Origin: Longimicrobiales bacterium
Lineage (GTDB): Bacteria > Gemmatimonadota > Gemmatimonadetes > Longimicrobiales > Gaopeijiaceae
Length of the DNA: 64,000 bases
Direction: 5' to 3'
Assembly (NCBI GenBank): GCA_963664435.2
Contig: CAXXKM010000003.1
Span: 160,001 to 224,000, forward strand
The notes beneath the pieces were generated by a model. It was not told the DNA's origin and searched no databases. It was given only the letters and a program-made list of their open reading frames with translations. Both the position numbers and the translations under genes were made by a program. Below are positions 1-8,512 of the stretch, piece after piece (position 1 is the stretch's first letter; each line of letters begins with the position of its first letter).

Positions 1-1
1 G

Positions 2-634
2 CACTCGCATCGCGGCGTGGGCCAGGAAGGGTGGCGGCCTCCTCCGGACGGTGGTCCGGTGCGCCCCCTGGCCATCCCCGGACGGTACCTGGTGCGGCTC
101 ACCGCGGGCACCGAGGAGCGCACGGCCGAGCTCGAGATCCTGCAGGATCCGGCCTCCACGGCGTCCGCCGAAGACATGCGCGCCCAGCTGGCCCTTCAGC
201 TGGAGCTGCGCGAAATGAGCGACTCGACCGCCGAGCTCATCAACCGCATCGAATGGACCCGCCGGGGGCTGGTGGACCTGGAGGAGCGGGTGCGCAGCAA
301 TCCGCTCTACGCGGAGATCGCGGAAGTGGGAGAGGAGCTCGCGCTGGCGCTTATCGAGCTCGAGATGGAGCTCTTCGACCTGAGGCTGACGGGCGGCTCG
401 GCCCGGCAGGACACCATCCGCTGGCCCCGGCGGCTGTGGGCCAAGATCGCGAGCCTCGCGGGGTATTCCGCGGGCTCGGACGATCCGCCGACGGAGTCGA
501 TGAGCGAGGTCGGAGGGATCTACCGGCTCCAGCTGGAGGAGTATCTGAGACGCTGGGCGGAGCTGGCCGCGGACGACATCACCGACTTCAACCGCCTTCT
601 GGCGGAACGGGGGCTGCCGCCGATCATCTCCTAG
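2..634 (+). CDS. C-terminal fragment of a large BNR/Vps10(sortilin)-type 'glycosyl hydrolase' protein (5'-truncated by window edge)
   Basis: Frame is open from the window start. 'PLAIPGRYLVRLTAG...LEILQDP' is followed by an amphipathic helical tail typical of the C-termini of this family. Confidence 0.6.
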   Translation, partial: HSHRGVGQEGWRPPPDGGPVRPLAIPGRYLVRLTAGTEERTAELEILQDPASTASAEDMRAQLALQLELREMSDSTAELINRIEWTRRGLVDLEERVRSNPLYAEIAEVGEELALALIELEMELFDLRLTGGSARQDTIRWPRRLWAKIASLAGYSAGSDDPPTESMSEVGGIYRLQLEEYLRRWAELAADDITDFNRLLAERGLPPIIS

Positions 635-1212
635 AGCTGGAGACGCAGGAAATTCTCGATCAGCCGCGGTCCCGCGTCGGAGAAGTATGACTCAGGGTGG
701 AACTGAACCCCCCAGACCGGCATCGTCCGGTGGCGCATGGCCTGAATCTCGTCCTCCTCGCCGGGAAGATCGGTCCAGGCCACGGGTTCGAGTTCGCCCG
801 GCAGGGCGGCCGGATCCGTGACCAGCGAGTGGTAGCGCGCCACGGTCATCGGCGAGGGAAGCCCCTGGAAGACCCCGAAACCCTGGTGGCGGATGGGCGC
901 GGTCTTGCCGTGCATGACGCGCGCCGCCCGCACAGTCGCGCCCCCGAAGGCTTCCCCGATGGCCTGGTGTCCCAGGCAGACTCCCAGGATGGGGGTCCGC
1001 GGACCCATCGTCCGCACCAGCTCGATGCTGATGCCGGCTTCGCGCGGCGTGCAGGGGCCGGGAGAAATGACGATGCGCTCCGGAGCCTGGCGCTCGATCT
1101 CCTGAACGGTGCGCTCGTCGTTGCGCACCACCTCGGTCTCGCGGCCCAGCGCCTCCAGCATCTGCACCAGATTCCAGGTGAACGAGTCGTAGTTGTCGAG
1201 AACCAGGATCAT
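631..1212 (-). CDS. trpG: Anthranilate/aminodeoxychorismate synthase component II (class I glutamine amidotransferase)
   Basis: MILVLDNYDSFTWNL, ISPGPCTP, GVCLGHQ, RYHSL and GVQFHPES motifs; ATG at 1212. Could equally be pabA. Confidence 0.93.
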   Translation of the reverse strand: MILVLDNYDSFTWNLVQMLEALGRETEVVRNDERTVQEIERQAPERIVISPGPCTPREAGISIELVRTMGPRTPILGVCLGHQAIGEAFGGATVRAARVMHGKTAPIRHQGFGVFQGLPSPMTVARYHSLVTDPAALPGELEPVAWTDLPGEEDEIQAMRHRTMPVWGVQFHPESYFSDAGPRLIENFLRLQL

Positions 1213-1413
1213 CGGGTGCGGAGGTCGGTAGGATGAAGTCGGGTGGCGGGCGCATGCCCGTGATGCACGGCGCGTCCTGTATCTTCGTTGTGGCTCCGGA
1301 TGCTCGTGTCCCGGCTGCGTCGAGATGCGCGGAATGTGCCGCGCCGGAGGGCATTCGCCAAGTCCCGTCTTCCCGCCCCGTATCCTGTCGACCTCTGCCC
1401 GAGTCCCGCGCCG

Positions 1414-2442
1414 GTGTACACACGCTGCCTGGTATGCCAGGCCCCCTTCCCGGAGAACGATACGCTGGAGTACCTGCCGCGCGGACGGCGCGTGGCCTTC
1501 GATGGGGACCGGGGCCGGCTGTGGATGGTCTGCGGCGCCTGCAAGCGGTGGTCGCTGGTGCCGCTGCTCGACCGCTGGGAGGCGCTCGAGGAGCTCGAGA
1601 AGCTCTCCGTCGACCAGGGGCGCGTGTTGTCGCGCACCGACAACATCGCGCTCCTCACGGTCGGTCGACTCGAGATCGTGCGCGTCGGCCGCTGCGAGCG
1701 CCGGGAGGAAGCCTGGTGGCGCTACGGGCGTGAGCTGCGCGCCCGCCGCAAGCGGTTCAAGCGGGTGTCGCTCGCGGGCACGGCCGTGGGGGCTGCCGCC
1801 GTTGGCGGCTGGCTGACCGGCGGCATCGGCCTGCTGGGTGCCTGGGTGCTGTGGGAGCACGCGCCGAGGTGGACGACCCGGGGCGCCCGGTGGCTGCGCT
1901 TCGGTTCGGCGGCGTGGCGGGGCCGGCGCGAATGCGGGCGCTGCGGATATGTCATGCGGGCGCTTTCCTACGACCAACGCTCCGGGTTGACGATCCACTC
2001 CACCGAAGGCGACACCCCCGTGGTCATGTCCCGGACCTGTCCGGTCTGCGGCGCGGCCCCGGACGACGAAGAAGGCCTGCGGCTGACGGGCCCGGACGCG
2101 GAACGTACCCTGCGCAGGGTTCTCGCCTACCACCACTTCGAGGGAGCATCCGAGAAACGGATCGCTTCCGCGACCCGCCTGATCGAGGAAGTCGGGGGCA
2201 CCGGCGGTCTTTCCCGGGTGCTGGTAAAGAAGGGCGCGCGCTTCGGCAATCTGCCGCGCACGGGCACAATCGCCCTGGAGATCGCGGCCGGCGAGGATTC
2301 CGAGCGGCGGCTGCTGGAACTCGAGTTGGCCAGCCTGGAGGCGCATTGGAAGCGGGAGGAGGAACTCGCCGCCATCATCGACGGCGAGCTGACGCCGGTG
2401 CCTCTGCTGGAGTCGCTACGCCGCAAAGTTGCCGGGTTGTGA
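1414..2442 (+). CDS. Hypothetical membrane protein with four CxxC motifs (two putative zinc ribbons)
   Basis: CLVC and CGAC, then a hydrophobic stretch (VSLAGTAVGAAAVGGWLTGGIGLLGAWVLW), then CGRC and CPVC. The GTG start at 1414 is inferred; the ORF track opens at 1288. Confidence 0.72.
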   Translation: MYTRCLVCQAPFPENDTLEYLPRGRRVAFDGDRGRLWMVCGACKRWSLVPLLDRWEALEELEKLSVDQGRVLSRTDNIALLTVGRLEIVRVGRCERREEAWWRYGRELRARRKRFKRVSLAGTAVGAAAVGGWLTGGIGLLGAWVLWEHAPRWTTRGARWLRFGSAAWRGRRECGRCGYVMRALSYDQRSGLTIHSTEGDTPVVMSRTCPVCGAAPDDEEGLRLTGPDAERTLRRVLAYHHFEGASEKRIASATRLIEEVGGTGGLSRVLVKKGARFGNLPRTGTIALEIAAGEDSERRLLELELASLEAHWKREEELAAIIDGELTPVPLLESLRRKVAGL

Positions 2443-2457
2443 GGAGCCTCGATTAAC

Positions 2458-4266
2458 TCAGTAGTCCACCGGCCTCAGGTACGACTCCCCGATGGCCGTG
2501 GACGAGAGCACCGCCACCGTCGGCAGCTCACGCTTCCAATGGGTCGCGTTCAAACGGCTCCAGACGATGCCGACCTGCGATTCGTCGAACCCTCGCCGCA
2601 CCAGGTCGGAGGGCGAGTAGCCGCGCAGGAACCAGTGCAGGATGGGGTCGGCATCGTGGTAGGAGATGCCCAGCTCGTCGTGGTCGTGGATGCCCTGGAC
2701 CAGATCGGCGCTGGCCGGCTTCTCGACGATCTCGGAGGGGACGCCGAGATGGCGCGCGAGCGCCCACACCTGGGTCTTGAACAGGTCCCCGAGCGGGTTG
2801 ACCGGGGGCGAGTCGTCGGCGTGCCAGGTGTAGTAGCCGAAGAGCCGTTCGCTCTTGTTGCCGGTTCCGAGGGGGAGGGCGCGCAGGAGCGCCGACTGGT
2901 CGAAGATGGTGAGGGCGCGGAAGCGGGCGGCGAGATTTCCGCGGCGCAGCGGGGTGATGTCCGGCTCGTGGCGCGCAATGTAGCCGTCCACCGAAGCCGT
3001 GATGTCCAGAGTGCGGGCGACGGCGCCGGTCGCCTCCAGCACCATCGCCGCGTGCTCCAGGCTTTCCGGTGAAGAGGTCGCGTACGGAAGCCGCAGCCCG
3101 GTGACGTTTTCCGGGCCGAGCGCGCGCACCGCCAGGCAGAGCGACAAGGCGGAATCGACGCCTCCCGACACGCCGATCACGACCTTTTCGAAGCCGCGCC
3201 GGCGCACGATCTCCTCCCGGATGAACTCGACCAGGGCGCGTTCGGTGAGCTCGAGGTTCAGGTCGAGCATCGAGGCGTCGCCCGGAACCGGACCATGGGT
3301 TGACGCCCGGGAACGGCGCGCCGGGGTCGCGCCCCCGCCCCCAGGCCGGGGATCCGTCCCACCCGAGGCCGTGGCCGCCGGTTCGCTTCTCCGCGTGCGG
3401 CCGGCGCGCGCCAGCGCGTCGCGCAGGTTCGGCAGCTGCTGTTCGAGATCTGAAAGCAGCGGCGACTCGAAGCGGTGCCGGTCGATCGCCGTGCGGTCGA
3501 GGACGGCGGTCACCACGCCTTCCTCGAACAGCGGAGCGCGCGCCAGGTTGGTGCCGTCGGGCGCGATCGCCACCGACCCGCCCGCGAACAGCTTGCCGCC
3601 CTCCGATCCCACCAGCTGGCTGACGAGGAGGAAGACGCCGTGTTCCATCGCGGGTCCCTCGAGGATCGGGTCCCAGCGCCTGATGCTGGCCGGGCGGTCG
3701 CTTCCCGCGAGGAATCCCCGCGCCGGCGAGGCGCTGGGCACCAGGACGACCTCGGCTCCGTCCAGGGCCAGAACGGCCGTGGTCAGCGAGTGCCAGACAT
3801 CTTCGCAGATCAGCATTCCCATGCGGCCCAGGGGCGTGTCGAAGGCGCGCAGTTCCCGCCCCGGCTCCACGAAACGGGCTTCGTCGAAGAGCCCGTAGGT
3901 GGGCAGGAACATCTTGCGGTGGACGTGCAGCGGCAGGTAGCGGTCGCCGCTCGCGGAGAAATAGACGACGCTGTTGTAGATCTGGCGGCGATGCCGCTCG
4001 TAGAAGCCGACGACCAGGTCGGGCGCGCCGTCGGGTGCACGGCCCAGCATGTCCGCCACTTCTTCCGCGCCGAAGGCGAGTTCCGCAACCGCCCCCTGCA
4101 GGAAGTATCCGGTCAGGCAGGTTTCCGGAAAGACGAGGAGGTCGTGGTCGCTCCCGGAGTCGGCGACCAGCGAGCCGATCCTGTCGAGATTGGCGCGCAC
4201 GTCTCCCTTGCGCGGCTTCATCTGGACCAGTCCCGCGACGAGGGGGGACGAATGTCTCAGGCTCAT
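2458..4266 (-). CDS. nadE: Glutamine-dependent NAD+ synthetase (nitrilase/CN-hydrolase domain + NAD synthase domain)
   Basis: Nitrilase triad motifs FPE / HRK / ICED, plus SGGVDSA, GTGNKSE, DLFKTQV and KPASADL. Confidence 0.93.
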   Translation of the reverse strand: MSLRHSSPLVAGLVQMKPRKGDVRANLDRIGSLVADSGSDHDLLVFPETCLTGYFLQGAVAELAFGAEEVADMLGRAPDGAPDLVVGFYERHRRQIYNSVVYFSASGDRYLPLHVHRKMFLPTYGLFDEARFVEPGRELRAFDTPLGRMGMLICEDVWHSLTTAVLALDGAEVVLVPSASPARGFLAGSDRPASIRRWDPILEGPAMEHGVFLLVSQLVGSEGGKLFAGGSVAIAPDGTNLARAPLFEEGVVTAVLDRTAIDRHRFESPLLSDLEQQLPNLRDALARAGRTRRSEPAATASGGTDPRPGGGGATPARRSRASTHGPVPGDASMLDLNLELTERALVEFIREEIVRRRGFEKVVIGVSGGVDSALSLCLAVRALGPENVTGLRLPYATSSPESLEHAAMVLEATGAVARTLDITASVDGYIARHEPDITPLRRGNLAARFRALTIFDQSALLRALPLGTGNKSERLFGYYTWHADDSPPVNPLGDLFKTQVWALARHLGVPSEIVEKPASADLVQGIHDHDELGISYHDADPILHWFLRGYSPSDLVRRGFDESQVGIVWSRLNATHWKRELPTVAVLSSTAIGESYLRPVDY

Positions 4267-4346
4267 GAGCGGCACGTCGTCCTGGGAGCGGGTTCAGGTG
4301 CGCGTTCCGGTTGGCGGCCGGGCAAGCGGGAACTCTCCCGACAAGG

Positions 4347-4353
4347 TATGATA
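4347..4353. promoter_or_regulatory. Overlapping divergent -10 hexamers (TATGAT on +, TATCAT on -) between nadE and ctpA
   Basis: ggTATGATAacc is the most AT-rich spot in the divergent intergenic region; no convincing -35 seen. Confidence 0.45.
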
Positions 4354-4515
4354 ACCACGCGGTCCGCCAAACGGCGCGCTGGTTGCCGGGTGATCCATCC
4401 GATTGCGCGATAACCGGCAGCACGATGCAGACGCGGGTCGAACCGGCTCCGGGAACGAGTCGCTGACTTCCGGGGTCTACCTTGCAGCCATCGACATTCC
4501 CTCACACGAATCGCC

Positions 4516-6369
4516 ATGACCCGCACGAGATTTTTCCTGGCAGCGTTCCTTCTTTCCCTGCCGGTCTCGGCTTCGGAGCTCGCGGGACAGAACACGGGAT
4601 CGACCGGCCAGCCGGACGACGAAGCCGGCGCTACGCTGACTGGCCAGCAGTTCCTGCGTGCCTTCGAGGTCATCAAGAGCTTCAGCTGGAACACGCCGGC
4701 CGACTCGACGCTCTGGAGAGGGGCCTTCGACGGGCTGCTGCGGTCGGCGATTCTATCCGCGGCGCGCATTGATTCGGCCGACTTCGCCCAGGACTCGACC
4801 GGCGTCCTCGCGACGGCCGCGGTGCTGCGGAGCCCGGGCTCGGTCGACGGCCGGCAATTGCTCAGCAGGTTCGACAGCATCAGGCGGTCGGGTCCGGGGT
4901 CGGTTGACGACCAGCGCTTCCTCAGCGCCTTCGACAGCATCAGGCGGTCGGGTCCGGACGCGCCCGATGATCCGGTGCTCTGGCGCGGTTCGATTTCGGG
5001 ACTGATCGGAGCCCTGGACGATCCCTACGGCCAGGTGCTCAGCCCGCGGCTGGTTGACGAGTTCCAGGAGCAGACCACCGGCAACTACGCGGGCATCGGG
5101 GTGGCGATCCAGCAGCTGAACGACCGAATCACGGTCACCGCGGTCTTCCGCGGGTTCCCGGCAGAGCGAGTGGGAATCCAGGTGGGCGACGTGATCGTGG
5201 GCGTGGACGGCGAGAGCACCGACGGCTGGACGACCGGTGCCGCCTCCGAGCGCATTCGCGGCACGCCCGGCACCATGGTCACCGTTTCGGTTGAACGCGA
5301 CGGGTTTTCCGCGCCCATCCCCCACGACATCGAGCGCGACAACATTCATGTGTCGTCGGTGCACGCCGGGTACATGGAGGAGGACATCGGCTACATCCAG
5401 CTCGACAGGGTCGCTCGCGGGTCCACCGAAGAGATGGACTCCGCTTTCGCCCTGCTCGCGGACGCCAGGGGGATCGTTCTCGATCTGCGTCGCAATCCCG
5501 GGGGATACCTGGACGAGTCCCTCACCCTGACCGACCTCTTCCTCGACCGGGGCAAGCGCATCGTCAGCACCCGCGGCCGCAACCCGCGCCGCGGGCCGGG
5601 GGAGCACGAGGACGCGGTGTACACCCGGGATCGAGCCAGCGTCGGGGACAAGCCGCTGGTGGTGCTGGTCGATGGCTTCACGGCTTCGGCCGGGGAAATC
5701 CTGTCCGGGGCCCTCCAGGACCACGACCGCGCGCTGGTGGTGGGTGAGCGCACCTTCGGCAAGGGGGTCGTGCAGTCCGTCGTACCGCTTCCGGAAGGCT
5801 GGCAGTTGCAGCTGACCACCGGAGAGTGGTACACGCCGCTGGGCCGGTCGCTGCACCGCCAGCGGGACGCACAGGGGCTGCCACTTCCCGAGGATTCCAC
5901 CGCGTTTCCCGTCTTCACCACCGAAGGCGGGCGCGAACTCAGGGGTGGTGGCGGGGTCTTCCCGGATCTGCAAATCGCCGGCGACACGCTGCTGGTCGTC
6001 GAGCGCCAGCTTCTGGAGGAAGCCAGGGACGCCGAATTCCCCTTCGGGCTGAGGCTGGCCGAAATCGGCTTCGACCGCTCGCAGGCCGTCAGCAATGACG
6101 GGGCCGAGGCAATCATCACCGACGAGATACTCGAAGCGTTCATCGCCGACATGCGCGAGGCGGGTGTGCCCGAGGCGACCGTCGGAGATCCGGCAGTCCG
6201 CGACTATCTGCTCTGGCGGCTCGAGATCGCCCTGTCTCAGCGCATGGACGACGAGCGTCTGTTGCGGTTCCGCATCCAGCGCGATCCCGTTCTGGCCGAA
6301 GCCGTCCGACTCGTGCGCGAGTCGGACACCCAGGCGGAACTCTTCAGGCTCGCGGGCGGCGGCAGCTAG
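4516..6369 (+). CDS. ctpA: Carboxy-terminal processing protease, S41A family (signal peptide, PDZ, peptidase)
   Basis: Signal peptide; LDDPY, YAGIG, DLRRNPGG; TASAGEI (catalytic Ser); TFGKGVVQ (Lys); WYTPLGRS. Confidence 0.93.
   Translation: MTRTRFFLAAFLLSLPVSASELAGQNTGSTGQPDDEAGATLTGQQFLRAFEVIKSFSWNTPADSTLWRGAFDGLLRSAILSAARIDSADFAQDSTGVLATAAVLRSPGSVDGRQLLSRFDSIRRSGPGSVDDQRFLSAFDSIRRSGPDAPDDPVLWRGSISGLIGALDDPYGQVLSPRLVDEFQEQTTGNYAGIGVAIQQLNDRITVTAVFRGFPAERVGIQVGDVIVGVDGESTDGWTTGAASERIRGTPGTMVTVSVERDGFSAPIPHDIERDNIHVSSVHAGYMEEDIGYIQLDRVARGSTEEMDSAFALLADARGIVLDLRRNPGGYLDESLTLTDLFLDRGKRIVSTRGRNPRRGPGEHEDAVYTRDRASVGDKPLVVLVDGFTASAGEILSGALQDHDRALVVGERTFGKGVVQSVVPLPEGWQLQLTTGEWYTPLGRSLHRQRDAQGLPLPEDSTAFPVFTTEGGRELRGGGGVFPDLQIAGDTLLVVERQLLEEARDAEFPFGLRLAEIGFDRSQAVSNDGAEAIITDEILEAFIADMREAGVPEATVGDPAVRDYLLWRLEIALSQRMDDERLLRFRIQRDPVLAEAVRLVRESDTQAELFRLAGGGS
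4834..4957 (+). repeat. In-frame 60-bp tandem duplication inside ctpA
   Basis: ttcgacagcatcaggcggtcgggtccgg is identical at 4870-4897 and 4930-4957; flanks also align at a 60-bp period. Confidence 0.9.
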
Positions 6370-6420
6370 CGGGAGTCACGCGCGCGCAGCACTTCCCCCG
6401 GGTCTGTCCCGCCCGCGGCC

Positions 6421-6454
6421 GGGTCTGCCGATGTCATGGGTCTGCCGATGTCAT
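6421..6454. repeat. Perfect 17-bp tandem direct repeat overlapping the xerD stop codon
   Basis: gggtctgccgatgtcat at 6421-6437 and 6438-6454. Confidence 0.9.
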
Positions 6455-7389
6455 CCTCTGGGGTGGTGGGTCCGGTGCATCTCGTGGACGTATTCCCGGT
6501 CCACATGCGTGTAGATCTCGGTGGTGGCGATGTCGACGTGGCCGAGCAGCTCCTGGACCGCGGCCAGGTCGGCGCCTCCCTCCAGCAGATGGGTCGCGCA
6601 GCTGTGACGGAGGGTGTGGGGGGAGACGGCTCTCTCGATCCCCGCCCGGTCGCGCGCGTTGCGCACGATGGTCCACACCGCCATGCGGGTGAGCGGCCGG
6701 CCTCTGGCACTGAGGAAGACCATCCCTTCGCCCCTGCCCCGTTCCAGCCCCGGCCGTACATCCCGCAGATATCGTACCAGCGCGCGCCGGGCTGCTCGGC
6801 CGAAGGGCACCATGCGCTCCTTCGAGCCCTTGCCGTACACCAGGCAGGTGCGGTCCTCGAGGTCGAGGCTCTGCCGGGGAAGCCCCACCAGCTCGGAGAC
6901 GCGCATGCCCGTGGCGTAGAGGAGCTCCAGGACGGCCCGGTCGCGCCAGCACAGCGGATGGGAGGGGTCCGGCGCCTCCATAAGGCCTTCCGTTTCCCGC
7001 AGGCTCAGCACTTCGGGGAGGGTTCGCCACACGCGCGGGGACTCGATCTGCTCGGTGGGATCCGTCTCGATGACCTCTTCTTCCAGGAGGAAGGCGAAGT
7101 AGGCCCGCATCGATGACAGGGCACGCCGGATCGAGGTCGGCGCCAGTCCCCGGTCCTTGAGCGAGTACACATGGTCGCGGAGCTCGAGGTGGGTGACGTC
7201 CCGCGGCCGAACGATGTCCCGGTCCGAGAGATACCGGATCAGCCGCGCCACGTCGCGCCCGTACGCTTCCATGGTGCGCGCCGAGAGCCCTCGCTCGAAG
7301 GCCAGGTAGTCCGCGAAGAGTTCCTCCCGGAAGGCTCTGGGGTCCGGCCGGTCCCGCTCCCCGGTCATCTCCCGCTCAGCTACGGTCAT
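6451..7389 (-). CDS. xerD: Tyrosine recombinase XerD
   Basis: ERGLSART; RDRAVLELLYATGMRVSEL; GKGSKER; SPHTLRHSCATHLLEGGADL; LGH...TTEIYTHV...HPRG. Start is 7389 or 7368. Confidence 0.93.
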   Translation of the reverse strand: MTVAEREMTGERDRPDPRAFREELFADYLAFERGLSARTMEAYGRDVARLIRYLSDRDIVRPRDVTHLELRDHVYSLKDRGLAPTSIRRALSSMRAYFAFLLEEEVIETDPTEQIESPRVWRTLPEVLSLRETEGLMEAPDPSHPLCWRDRAVLELLYATGMRVSELVGLPRQSLDLEDRTCLVYGKGSKERMVPFGRAARRALVRYLRDVRPGLERGRGEGMVFLSARGRPLTRMAVWTIVRNARDRAGIERAVSPHTLRHSCATHLLEGGADLAAVQELLGHVDIATTEIYTHVDREYVHEMHRTHHPRG

Positions 7390-8005
7390 CGTCCGGGCGC
7401 GCACCCGGAAGGCGGGTACGCCGCCACGCCACCAGAACGACCGCCGCTACTCCGATCGCGATGAGCAGCAGAAGCCGATTGGCGGCCGCGAACCACTCGG
7501 CGATGGCCTCCAGGTTCTCGCCGGCCATCGCGCCCAGCCAGACCAGTCCGCCGTACCACAGGGCGGAGGCGATGGTCACGGGAAGGGCGACGGAGGCGAA
7601 GGAAAGCCGGGCCACGCCGGCGAACGCGGGCACCACCGCCCTCAGGCCGGGGAGAAAACGGGCGAAGAAGATGGCCGAGGTGCCCCGTCGCCGGTAGAAG
7701 CGGCGCACGCGCGCGAGCTGCTCCGGCTGAAGCACCAGCCGGCCGAGCCGGCTGTCGAAGAACGGCGGGCCGAAACGGTATCCCGCTCCGTAGACCAGCA
7801 GCGCCCCGACGGCGTTGGCCAGCCAGGTCACCAGGAAGACCAGCGTCACTTCGGCCGGACCCCGCACGGCGAGGAATCCTCCCAGGAGAATGAAGGTGTC
7901 CGCGGGAACCGGAGGCACGATGTTTTCCAGAGCTGCCCCGGCCCCCAGCACCAGATAGGTGAGTCCGGCGGGGAGCGACGCGAGGAATGCGAGCGTCGCC
8001 TCTAT
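7376..8005 (-). CDS. DedA family membrane protein
   Basis: ENIVPPVPADTF and RFLPGLR DedA motifs. Start is probably ATA at 8005 (see findings); the first canonical start is GTG at 7951. Confidence 0.85.
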   Translation of the reverse strand: MEATLAFLASLPAGLTYLVLGAGAALENIVPPVPADTFILLGGFLAVRGPAEVTLVFLVTWLANAVGALLVYGAGYRFGPPFFDSRLGRLVLQPEQLARVRRFYRRRGTSAIFFARFLPGLRAVVPAFAGVARLSFASVALPVTIASALWYGGLVWLGAMAGENLEAIAEWFAAANRLLLLIAIGVAAVVLVAWRRTRLPGARPDDDRS

Positions 8006-8481
8006 GTGTCCTCCTTGCCGATCAGCGCCACGGCATGCACGGCGATCCCGTCACCGGCGCCGATCCAGCCCATTCCTTCGTTCGTCTTGCCCTTGATCGA
8101 TACGGCTTCGCGCCCGGTGCCGAGCACCTCGCCGATGCGCGCGCGCATCCCTCCCGCATGGGGCCCGATGCGAGGCGTTTCGCAGATTACCGTAACGTCC
8201 ACGTTGATCACCCGCAGCCGCCGCTGCCGGAGGAGGGCGACCACCCGCCCGAGCAGATCCATCGAGTCGGCGTCGCGCCACCGAGGATCCCCCGGGGGAA
8301 AGTGGCTTCCGATGTCGCCTTCCGCAGCGGCCCCGAGCAGGGCGTCCGTGACGGCGTGGGCGACGGCGTCCCCGTCGGAATGGCCGGTCAGGCCCGGTGC
8401 CCCGGGAATCTCGACGCCGCCCAGCATCAGCTTCCGGTCGGGGTCGAAGCGGTGTGAGTCGTATCCCGTGCCCACTCTCAT
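8002..8481 (-). CDS. ispF: 2-C-methyl-D-erythritol 2,4-cyclodiphosphate synthase
   Basis: MRVGTGYDSHRF, GHSDGDAVAHA, GDIGSHFP, KGKTNEGMG. Confidence 0.96.
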   Translation of the reverse strand: MRVGTGYDSHRFDPDRKLMLGGVEIPGAPGLTGHSDGDAVAHAVTDALLGAAAEGDIGSHFPPGDPRWRDADSMDLLGRVVALLRQRRLRVINVDVTVICETPRIGPHAGGMRARIGEVLGTGREAVSIKGKTNEGMGWIGAGDGIAVHAVALIGKEDT

Positions 8482-8512
8482 GGCGGGCTCCAGGAGGCGC
8501 GGAAAGGCTCGC

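Noticed and set aside
1213..2346. Apparent long N-terminal fusion on trpG (571-aa ORF)
   Set aside because: The extension is the antisense shadow of the zinc-ribbon gene; the GATase begins at MILVLDNYDSF (1212).
6451..7389. Tyrosine recombinase as a prophage or island integrase
   Set aside because: The sequence is typical XerD within a housekeeping operon, with no phage or cargo genes adjacent.
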